Assembly (NCBI GenBank): GCA_033442325.1 | Contig: JAWQFM010000016.1 | Span: 843,155 to 907,154, forward strand | Direction of reading: 5' to 3' | Length of the DNA stretch: 64,000 nt | Source of the DNA: Salpingoeca rosetta | Lineage: Eukaryota; Protista; Choanoflagellata | Part shown: piece by piece, positions 16,742-27,293 of the stretch | Layout: every line of letters starts with the position of its first letter | Numbering within the stretch: position 1 is the first letter of the stretch | Notes under the pieces: model-generated | Databases searched by the model: none | The model's input: the letters and a program-made list of their open reading frames with translations, nothing else | What the model was told of the DNA's origin: nothing | Position numbers and translations under genes: made by a program

Positions 16742-19212
16742 GCACTTGCAGACTTGGCCTTGGTTGCTGGTTTGTGCTTGTGCTTGTGCTTGTGCTGGGT
16801 GCCTGGGTCGCTGCTGCTGTTTGACCGGAGAGGCGGGAATCCAAAGGCAGCACGCTCTTCCGGGCTGCCCCTGTAGCCAAGATAGCACTGAGCAGCTGCC
16901 TCGCTGTGCCGCTCAAAGCAAATGGCGCGGCGCAGGGCGCAGATGTGGTTGCGCAAGCGTGTCTTCTGTTTCCGCAGCCTACCCTCCTCCTTCCGCTGAG
17001 CAGGCTTGAGGGCGTGTGAGTCACTGCCCTCGCGCAAGTTGCGCAGCTGATACTGCTCAAGACGAGGGTGCCTGCATCTGCTGCCCAGGCGCACGATCTT
17101 CTTGGTAACGGCGAGCTGCTTGTGGCGCGTTGCCTCCCGACGACGCCCAGCTGTGCCTTGCTGGTCGCTGCTGCCGCTTGTATCACTGTCAGCGCCGTCA
17201 CTGCCGTCACCGCCGTCCCCATCGTCACCATCGTCGTCGCCGATCTCATCACCGAGGAGCTCGGAGAGGAACTGGTCCAGCGCGTGGTTGGTGAAGCAGA
17301 CGACGAGCACCTTGAGCTTGAGCACCTGCACAAGGAAGCGTGTGATGACCACGCCAATGTGCGTCTTGCCTGTGCCTGGTGGGCCCTGGATCAGCGCCAG
17401 GCGGTTGCGCATGACGTGGACCATCGCGGCGCGCTGGCTGGCGTTCAGCTCTGCACCGCCATCGCGGCTGCGCAGGAACTGGGCAAGCTGTGCATCGTGC
17501 TGCCCACGCTTCATGTACTCTGGAGGGCCGACGACTGTGCGGCGGTGGCGCCGTGCCTGCCGCTTCCTGTTTGCTGGGGCCGGCTGCCACCCGCCGCCAT
17601 CATCACCATCATCACCATCATCAACGTCATCAACGTCATCAACGTGGCTGTTGGTATGACGGGAGTTGTTGCTGCTGGGTGCGGTGTTGCTGGCACTGGA
17701 ACTGGCGTCAGTGGTGCTCGTGCCATTGTGGTGGCCAACATTGATGAGGTCTCGCTCCTTCAGCTTGTAGTTGGTGTTCTTGCGCACTTCCTCCTCAAAG
17801 GGGAAGTCGCTCATTTCCTGCAGCTGCCGCAGCGGCTTGTCATATGCGAACAAAGGGGACAGCTGAAGCAAGGTGTACGATCGGTTCTGTTCTTGCTGCG
17901 CGGGCTGCTTCTTGAGGACGTGGGTAATGCTCCCGCACTCGTGGTGGACCAGGTCCCTGACAATCTCGTCGGCCACTGCGTCATCGAGGAGGGTGAGATG
18001 AACCTTGCCTTTCATCAGCATGCCGATGTCACGTATGCGGTCGATGCGGGCAAGGTGCTTCGGCACGCCGTTCTCAAGCAACACGACAAGCCAGTCTGCC
18101 ATGAGCACGCGCTCGCGCTGCCAGAAGCGGATGCGGGAGGTATTGTTGAGCTTGTGGTACGCACTGTCGCGCCCAAGCTCAAAGGTGAAGGTGATGGCGC
18201 GGCCGTTGAGCAGCAGGTCAAACTCGCAGGGGCGCACGTTGTAAACCGGAAGATAGCGGGACTGCGTCAGGCCGAACACCGCGTCGCTGTCGTCGCTGTT
18301 GCCGCTGCGCAGGAGGCCGATGTTGTCTTCGCGCAGAAGACGGAAGTGGTGCTCGAGCAGCTGCTCCATGTTGGCATTGCCTTCCAGCGGGAAGAGGTGC
18401 TCGCCAGGGGCCAACGATCGTTGCAGGACCTCAATCTTGGGGACGATGGGCAGTGTTCGAAATGATGTACCCTCAAAGAGAGCCAGAAAGGCTTGAACGT
18501 CGCTGTTGCTGGACCGGCACTTGCGAACGGCAGGCGATTGCCGAAACCTGTGCATCGACGACAGGATGGATCGGGAAAGCAAGCCCTGAGTGGTCGTGCA
18601 CACGATGCGGAACAGCTTGGCGATTGCGGTGATGTGCTCCGCGTGCGACTGGCCCGGGTGTGGGGTCTCAATCTCGAACAACACTGCCTTCAGCGCCCTG
18701 GAGTCGGAGGCCATGGCACGGAGGGCGGCGTTGCGTTGCCGCTCAAACTCCTTCGCTTCGATGACCAGCAGGCGGTTGATCGCGTTCACCCAGCGATCGG
18801 GGGTGAAATCATTGGCGTCAGAAGCCCTGGGAAGGATATCGTTGAGGGGTTTGGACAGATTCAGGAGCCTAACAAGCTCGCTGTCAGAGGAGCGGCGAAA
18901 GTCAGCGAGAGCGAGCAGAAAGACGCGCTTCTTGGAAGGGCTGGCCTTCTTCTTGCTGTGGGCGATGCCCTCAAAAGCTCTTCGATAGCGCTCAAAACCA
19001 GGGTCTTGCTGTTGCTGTTGCTGCTGCCGCTGGTCGCGGTGGCGGTTTTGCTGGCGTCGCCGGCTGGACGATGAGGATGCATGAGACGATGTCGTTGAGG
19101 AGCGAGAGGAGGTGGAGGATGACGAAGAAGATCGTGCGGCTGATGCTGCCGCGCGTCGTGGCGCTCGAAGGCGTGGCCGTGGTCGTTGTTGTTGCTGCGG
19201 AGACGCTGACAT
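11368..19212 (-). CDS. ZNFX1: ZNFX1-like Upf1-family (SF1B) RNA helicase with NFX1-type zinc finger, intronless, about 2614 aa
   Basis: Single 7.8-kb ORF; likely start at 19212 (MSASPQQQ). Motifs: LEHHFRLLRED, LIQGPPGTGKT, VVCFTNHALDQFL, IIGCTTTGAA, EEAGEILEAHVL, LIGDHKQLRPKV, LNVSLFERL, QHRMRPAIS, VLTPYGGQ, TVDNFQGEE, NVMLSRA, then GGCSQECPRPLPCGHACKLRCH. Confidence 0.92.
16647..16740 (-). repeat. (AACAGC)n hexamer repeat encoding an (NS)n tract inside the ZNFX1 helicase insertion
   Basis: About 15 perfect copies of ttgctg on the + strand, in frame. Confidence 0.9.
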
Positions 19213-19215
19213 GGC

Positions 19216-19305
<90 letters not shown>

Positions 19306-19545
19306 TTGAAATACAGGGAAATGAACACGAGAGAACGAGAACAGCAGGGTGAAGGACAGGTTGAGTATGTGTGTGTGTGTGTGTGTGTGCGTGTTGCGGA
19401 GCTGACTGTCCATCAGGTCCATCGATCTCGAAACAACAACAAGTCTGTCAACAACAGAAGAACAGAGGAGGGTCGGAGCGTCTCACACTCACACTGACTG
19501 GCTTGGTTGGTTGTGTGGAGAGGAGGAGAAAAAGACACTTACAAA

Positions 19546-19598
<53 letters not shown>

Positions 19599-20276
19599 GA
19601 CGCACTGACATGCACACAACACCACACAAACACACCAGCGGTTGGTGTTAAAGTGCGGACAGCTAGATTATTGGTTGAAGTTTTCAACAAATGATCTCCA
19701 ACAAAGGAAACTGCTGACTCGACGCTTTTCGTGGGGCTGACACAACAGAAACTGCGTCCGCTCTTTTGTGGTTGCTTCGCTTGTTGCTCCTTTGCTCGTT
19801 GCTTCTTGTGTGATCTTGTGTGACATGGCAGCCTTCGTGTTTGCTTCTGCTTCTCAGTGTTTCGAAGGTTGGCTGTCTGGCTGTGATGGCGACCACCAGC
19901 ATTAGTAACAATACATCAACGTACACATGACAGGTTGGTTGCTTCAGTGTGTTGGCGTGTGTAACCCATCACTTTATCACTCCATCACTCCATCACACAC
20001 AGTCACACCGTCACACCGTCACGCCGTCACTCCGCCACACCGTCACACCGTCACTCTGCAGCAAGAGCAAGGAAGCTGAGAAGCTGGGAAGGCAGGCAGT
20101 TGTGGCGCTGGAAAGTTGTCGGTGCTCCAAGTCGGTGATGTTCATTTTCCTGCTTCTCATTGACAGCCAGACAGTCCAAGCAAGCAACGTCCCAAGTACT
20201 CGAGCACACAAGACGCCCAACTGAAGGAAGATACGCCTTCCGATACAAGTTCTTTCGGCTTCGCAGACAAGTCAAC

Positions 20277-20534
20277 ATGCCCGGCGGTGGAAAAGGCGGT
20301 AGTGGCGGAGGAAAAGGTGGCAGCCACGGCGGTGGCAGCCAGGGCCATGCTGGTGGCAAAGGCAGCGGCAGTGGTGGAAAGGGGCCAGGCGGCTGGCCGT
20401 CAACCACGGGCAACGCTTCGGGCGGCGGGCGCACCAACGCGCCACCTGGCGGCAAGACGTCTGGCGGATGGCCTTCCACCACGGGCAACCCTTCAGGTGG
20501 CGGCCGCTACAATGCGCCACCCGGCAGCAAGTGA
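20277..20534 (+). CDS. Small Gly-rich protein (85 aa) with two copies of GGWPSTTGNxSGGGRxNAPP
   Basis: ATG in aacATG context. The 25-aa internal duplication differs at many synonymous sites, and a paralog lies 1.2 kb downstream. Confidence 0.75.
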   Translation: MPGGGKGGSGGGKGGSHGGGSQGHAGGKGSGSGGKGPGGWPSTTGNASGGGRTNAPPGGKTSGGWPSTTGNPSGGGRYNAPPGSK

Positions 20535-21247
20535 GGCTGAATCGAGGCAAAGGCGAATGACGGATCGGCAGCAGCTCTCCCAACAACTCGACGACTCTGC
20601 GACCCGATGCGTGTGAATTTGAGCTTTGTGTGCTTGTTCACGTGGTCTCGGGTCCTGCGTGTTCCCTCTGAATTGCTTCCCCTTCTTCCTGCTTCTTTCG
20701 CCTTTCTGATTCCTCTTCCTTCTCCCTTTCCTACATGTGTGTGTGTGTCTTGCCTTTGCTTCTTGCAACCTGCAAACGGTGCCGCAGCAGTAAACAGCCT
20801 CAAGACACCAGCCTGTTGCTTAAACCTTTAAACCGCATCACAACCTCATCAGGGTGAGTCTGTCTGTAAGCATTTGCGTGCGGTGGAATCGAACCCAATC
20901 ACTCAAGGAACAGCGGCAAGACAACGCACCCCCTGTGGCACAGCGGGATGACGGTACGGTGGCGCCTTGCACAACTTTCTTCACTCGCGTTGCTTTGCTT
21001 GCAAGGCTTCGTTTGCATTACTTCATCAACATCACTCAAGCAATACACAATGGAGAAGTAATAGGGTGGAAGTAACATGTAATTTAACACTCACAACCAC
21101 AACACTCCCACCCTGCGCCTCGCTTACTTGATCGACTCAACGCCGCCGTTTCTGGCTGTCATCAACGATACTGGCTCACATCTATTCATTTTCTTTGCTG
21201 ACACGCAACGGACACACGGAGGAACTAAGCGGGGGAACAAGAGCCAC

Positions 21248-21279
<32 letters not shown>

Positions 21280-21459
21280 CAAGCAAAGGAGCGCGGGAAC
21301 CCACCAAGAAGGCACAACAGCACACCAAGGACAAGGAAAAGGCAAGACAAGAAGACAAGGACGGGGCTTCGGCGGCGTTCAGAATCCAGCCCACAAACAG
21401 CACGAACAAGAAGACCAAGTCCAATCCTCCTTTCAGCAGCCTTTAAGCCAGCCAGCAAG

Positions 21460-21744
21460 ATGCCTGGAGGCGGAAGAGGCGTGGGCAGCAAGCCCGGAGG
21501 AGACAAGGCTGGCCGGGGCAAGGCAAAGGGCAAAGCCGGTGGATTCAAAGGCGGTGCCCACGGCGGCAAGAGTCCGGGTGGATGGAAGATCCCCGGTGTG
21601 CAGACTGGCGTGGGCAAGGGCGGCGGACACGGCAGCAAAGGGCCTGGCGGCTGGGCCTCCACCACGGACGTTCCACCAGGCACGGGCCCCACTGGCCAGC
21701 GTCCAATCTCCCCACCTAAACCACCAGCGGCAATTGGCCACTGA
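21460..21744 (+). CDS. Small Gly/Lys-rich protein (94 aa), paralog of the 20277 peptide
   Basis: Same MPGGG start. Shares (S/G)KGPGGWxSTT and a second GGKSPGGW unit; aagATG context. Confidence 0.65.
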   Translation: MPGGGRGVGSKPGGDKAGRGKAKGKAGGFKGGAHGGKSPGGWKIPGVQTGVGKGGGHGSKGPGGWASTTDVPPGTGPTGQRPISPPKPPAAIGH

Positions 21745-21872
21745 AGCGTGCGCGCGCCCTCGTGTGTGTGTGTGCGCGCGCGCTAGTGTGTGTGCTAGTG
21801 TGTGTGTGTGTGTGTGTGTGTGTGCTAGTGTGTGTGTGTGTGCGTGCTTGTGTGTGTGTGTGTGTGTGTGTG

Positions 21873-21951
<79 letters not shown>

Positions 21952-22040
21952 TGGGTGGTGTCTGCTGCTCCTCAAATACAAACAAAGCAGAAATTCATTG
22001 GAAGATATGGGTCAATACTCATGACTTCAACCGCAACCCA

Positions 22041-24284
22041 ATGCTCACGTTTCTTCGGCAAGAGGATGAAGACAGCGTGGAAGACCGCGCGCAAGTCAGA
22101 CACGTACGTGTGTGAGCGTGGCGGCGGTACTGGTGGTTGTGGTGGGTGGCTGACGTTGATGATAGGGAACCACGCGCGTCACGCTGTTGTGACGTGTGAC
22201 CTTGGCTTGCTACAAGTTCTCTTGCTGCCTTGTACTTGAGCTGTTGCGCCTGTGGCACCAACAACACGAGTGAAGCGAGCGAGCAAACTAACATTCACAC
22301 CCAACGACGACAACAACTTTCGTTCACACACACACACATGTACACACATGTACACACACACGCGCTCGCGCGCACACGCACGCACGTACACGCACACACA
22401 TGTACATGCACGTTGGTTGCAGGTGCTGGTGTCTGCGTTTCCAACGCCAGCAGAGGCATGTCTTGTGGACACGTGCCGACCATATCCAAAGCCTTTGTCC
22501 CTTTCTGCTGTGGCGGTGAAGAGCGGCAACGAGGATGACGGGGTTTGTGACGGCAGCCGTGAGAGCAGTGGTGCTGACGAGATTGTGGCCCACATTCTCT
22601 TTCTTCCTGTCACACTACAACGGCCAAAGCATGGTGCTTCGATGCGCAGTCAGGTACAGCCAATATGCTTCGTGGCACATGCATCACGCTTTGCACAAGC
22701 AAGAACATGAGATCACAACGACCACACACACGTACACACACGCACACTCATGTCCACACACACACACACACTGACACGCACGCACACACACACACACACA
22801 CGTTCATGCACGCTCATTTTCACGCACACACACACTGACACACACACACACACACACACACACACCAAAATTCACAGCCCAACGTGACGCTACTTGCGCC
22901 GTTGAGTGTGCTGCCAAGTTGCCAAAGACAAGGCATTGGATCGAAACTTACAGAGTGGGCGCTGGAGCAACAGAGGGCCCAAGGTGTGGCAGCAGTGTTG
23001 GTGCTCGGCTCAGAGTACTACCGCCGGTTCGGGTTCAGGCCCGTCGCAGACTTTGACCTGCACTATCCAGATGCAAGCCTAGATCCGCATTTCTTCTGCC
23101 TTGAACTGCAACAAGGCAGCATGTCTTCCTGGGCTGGCGCAACAGCCGTGCTGCCGAAACAATTTGATCTGCTGGAGCACGCGGTGGATGTTCCTGCCCG
23201 CGACACGGACACCATTCCGTACGCCCCGCTCATCCTCATCTGCAACAACCTTATGGCAGCCGTAGGGGATGGCACAGGTAGGAAGGAGAGTGATGGCGAG
23301 CGAGGGCAACGAGAAGGCGAGGAGGGCATGCACCGCAGCACACAAGCAGCCCTGTATGAACAACAACAGCAAAGGTTGCAACCACAGCAGCAGCAGCAGC
23401 AGCAGCAGCAGGAAGCGCTGCCTTTTGGGTATGCCATTGTGGACGCCAACGCGCTTGCACGCGAAACATCACCAGCACACATGGCATCCACGTGGTGTCA
23501 GCTGCTCACAGAGGCAGGGGAGTTTGCTTCAGTGCATGCTGCGCGCGAGCGATTCGCTGCATCATTCGCCCCATACGCCGGCAGGGCGGGTGCACAGGAA
23601 CAGGAGGCAGCACAGACAGGCAGCCATGACCGCAAGAACGATGGGGACAGCAGCAGCTGCGGTCTCTTTGGCGAACGCTGCTTGTTCGTCGTGCACCGTG
23701 ACGCAAAACGCCGCATGCATGCCGTCGCCACTGCCACAGACTGGCTGCCAAGTCGCGGTCTGTTACAGCGCTGCCCAGGCTTGATGCGCTACCTCACATC
23801 CCCAGCACCGCCAATCGCAGCAGCCACCACCGCGACAGTACCGTCGCAGCCATCGCAGGGGTCCACACCAAAGCCGCCGGCTACGGAGAGCCAGGCCTCA
23901 GTTCCGCAGCCGCAGCGGCCGCTCAAGGACCTGCGCTACGAGATTGTGACGGAGGAGAGCAGCGGGCTGGCACGCCTGGAGTGGGTAGCGGTGCACCCAC
24001 AGTTTCGCGGGATGGGGCTGGGCCGCGCCATTGTGCACGCTGCCCTGCGCATGGCCCTCAAACGCGGCCAGCAGGCAGCGGTGCTCTCCACGCAGACCAC
24101 AACTCCGCGCGCCGTGCGGATGTACACGCGCTCCTTCGGGTTCGAGCTCTTCTCCGAAGACAAGGCGGAGCTGGTGGCAAAGGAGGGGGAGGAGGAGGAG
24201 GAGAGGGAGGAGGAGGATGCAACAGAACGCGCAGAACCAGGGCCTCGACAGGCAGCTATCGCCGCCATTGCCCATTTGCTGTGA
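22041..24284 (+). CDS. Tandem GNAT acetyltransferase (N-terminal YhbS-like GNAT plus C-terminal GNAT)
   Basis: Exons about 22041-22103, 22423-22653 and 22878-24284. First domain: LRQED..|AFPTPAEACLVD..LSLSAV..IVAHILFLPV|LLAPLSVLPSCQRQGIGSKL..VLVLGSEYYRRFGF. Second domain: LEWVAVHPQFRGMGLGRAIV..LSTQTTTPRAVRMY..FGF. Confidence 0.85.
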
Positions 24285-24445
24285 CGTGAGTGTGACGTGT
24301 GGTGCATGATGGATGATGGGTGATGGTGGGATCTCCGAGTTGGCTCGTGCTGCTCTCTGTCTGTATTGGTGTTGGCTCATGTCAGCGCTCATTCGTTATT
24401 CTCCATTTCCCCTCCCCCGTTGTCTTTGGTGCAGCAACCATCGCC

Positions 24446-24477
<32 letters not shown>

Positions 24478-24626
24478 TGTGTGTCTATCTTTGGTCCTGC
24501 TGCACTCTGTGTTTGTGATCGTACTAAAGAACGTGATGGCTTGTTACTCTCAGCATGTCGTGTACATCAAGGTTAAGAAGAGAACAATGCGTCATAACAC
24601 CAAATGCAAGTGACGGGCAAGCTTGG

Positions 24627-25839
24627 TCACAGATTCTTGAGGTAGCGTCCTTCACGAGCCGTATTGGCGTTTGCAACCATGCTCCTTTCCCATGCCTTGT
24701 AGATGGACGACGTGATCCAGCCCGGGATGCCCAACAGCGCACAGTTTGCGACCAATGCAACAACCAGCAGGGCTGCATACACCAGAGGACCCAGAAGCAA
24801 CGCCCATACACAGGCAGCGACAAGTGTTGCGATTGGCAGGAGGTAATACTCGCTGTCGAGGAAGAACATAATCGCCAGAGAGCCCAGTGGGATGATGCAG
24901 TGAAGAAATGAAAATGACAGCTTGTGAAGGAATCCAATGCTGTCATTTTCAGCCAGCGGACAAGCGGCACGGACATTGAGATGCGTGTGTGCGTGCGTGT
25001 GTGCGTGCGTGCGTGTGCGTACGTGTGAGCGACGATGCAAGCCCAGCAGAGTCATGAAACGAACAAGCAAATAGTGGACTCACATGGTCATCCCCACCAC
25101 GCACATCAATCGCCCTTGAAACACAGGCAAGCGATACAACTACTTTGGTGATCATGCCACACTCTTGAAGGCTCTTGAAGGCAAACACAAAAAAATATGC
25201 GGTCGTCTTCGAGCCAACAGCAAGCCAGGACAGGACGTACTTGATATCACCGTTTCGATTGTACCACGAGTCTCTGTACAGCATGATGGTAACCTCTGCC
25301 CGTTCCACCAAGTCGGCAGCGAGGATATGCGTTTCAAGATCAGTTGCCAAATACTGGGTCCGGTTCTTCGCAGTCACCCTCAGAAAGTCGTTGCCGCTTC
25401 CCAGGTTTATGTCTGTGCGCGCCACTAGAGCGTGTTCCCAGACAATTTGCAGGGGAACGTCGACAGCAAAGTAGAGGGGGATGTCGATGAAGAGGGTCAG
25501 GACCTGGTACCCAGCCACACCGGCGCAGCAGTAGAACGCAATCTCAAAGGGAATGGTGCCGTACATGCCAAGGCACGCCACGACAATTACCCCAACGACG
25601 GAGATCAGTTTCATGAAGATGGCTGTCTTTGCCTGAAAAGTGGACCAGATATCGAGGAACGTGATGGCACAGCTGCCAAGGGCTGCCCCAAGCAACCTTG
25701 GGCCGCCCGTCGTTGCGCGGATGCAGTGGTATTTGTATCGCAGAAAGCAGGAATAGTAGCCTGTTGTTTGCGTTGGCCTTCCAGTCAAGGCCACGTCAAC
25801 TGAGGACGTCTCACGCGAAAACGCAAACTGCTCCGGCAT
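24627..25839 (-). CDS. Hypothetical multi-pass membrane protein (probably 2 exons)
   Basis: Non-repetitive ORF 25839 to about 25084 with several hydrophobic segments. A GTGAGT donor lies at about 25083, followed by a second hydrophobic exon ending at the stop at 24627. No family recognised; start and acceptor are uncertain. Confidence 0.5.
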
Positions 25840-27293
25840 GTTGGTGTTTGGCTGCTGTGTTTTCTGACACAGAAAGCGATTCGGATCGCTTCGGAGGAGA
25901 GTAGAGGCACACGCTTGTCAGGGAGATGGTTCAGCGAGAAAGCCTCTTGAGGCTGCTTCTCAGGATGATTTGGAGGCCGGATGTTGCCCTTGCTGCCTGT
26001 GCATGGCTTGGGTGTTGGATGATGATGATGGCGGAAAATGACCGCTGTGCTGTATGTGCGTTTGTTGAGACCAACAACGCACAAGCTGTGTCACATCAAT
26101 TTACTCTGCCTTGCTTGTACTTGCATGTCAGATGTCTCTGTGACTGTACACCAAAATACAAGGTGAGGCAGCAGAGATGCCGCTGGCCTTTCCCATGACA
26201 GAGCCCACTTCGTGGATCGATGCCCAGCCAGAGTCCCCCCTCCGACTCTCAATGCTGTTGTGGATGCCGACCAGCATCTCAACGCGCGCTTGTTGTGCTG
26301 CTGCTGATGTGTTGGTTTGTATTACATTACATTGCAACTATCGTTACATACTGTTGCTGTGGTTGTGCAGTGTCATATTCGAAGCAGCACAACACAAACA
26401 GATGTCTGTCCAAGACCGAGGTCATCTCGTCCCTTCATACACACCATGTGAGCTTGGTCAAATCATGCAAAGGTTTTTTTTTGTTCTTTGTTCTCCAACA
26501 TCGCGCTCAAGAACACAGAAAGTCGCACACACTGCAGACTGCAAGCAAGTGTCATGTTGCCGTGGTTCCACGCTCACACACAACACAACAACATGGACGC
26601 ACTTCCTCAAACCGAAGCAATCGCGTCCACGGCAACAAAATTAGCTTGCTCATGCAAAGGTTTGTGTGTCTTTGTTGTCGTGACCTGGTAGGTTCAATGC
26701 CACACAAGCCCAGGGTCATAGTTTCATCCCACAGCACAACAAGCTCGCGTTGATACCTGCATTTACGCTGGATCACCCCACGATGAAGGACCGGGACACA
26801 AATGCCAACAGTGCCCCACACCCGAACCTACCACAACCTTCGCCATTTCAACTGATTGGTGCTGGCAACTTTTTCTGGAAGCCCCCACCAAAAATGGCGT
26901 GAGGGATGTTCCTCCATACAGTGGTCGTGTCGTGTGCTGCTTAAAATTATCCACTGTGCTGGTTGTTTTGCCATGCTCGTGTGCTTGCTGTTTTGTGACT
27001 ACTGCTATGTTGCGCTTGGCTGCTGGCTTGTTTTGTCTCTTGCTCTCTTGCTGAATTGGTTGCCGTGTCGGGCAGTGCAGTGGGTGGCTTGAATCTCGAC
27101 CTTCGTCTGCTGCCTTGGCTTTTCCACCCAGAGTTGTTCATTTTCTGTCAACTCCACTGAGCAGGCAAGCAGGCAAGAACCGCAACTCCACGCAAGGAAA
27201 GCGAACAATCAAGGTTTTCACTCAATACGAAGGACACACCAAGGCGAGGCGTCCCTGCACTCATCGTCTCAGGGACTTCAAGCGCAAACAACG

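Noticed and set aside
11470-19074. Long + strand ORFs (up to 501 aa) antisense to ZNFX1
   Set aside because: Shadow ORFs caused by GC-rich codon usage; no recognisable motifs.
19213-19422. 70-aa N-terminal extension of the ZNFX1 ORF
   Set aside because: CA-repeat tract ending in cag just before gccATG; more likely a 5' UTR intron.
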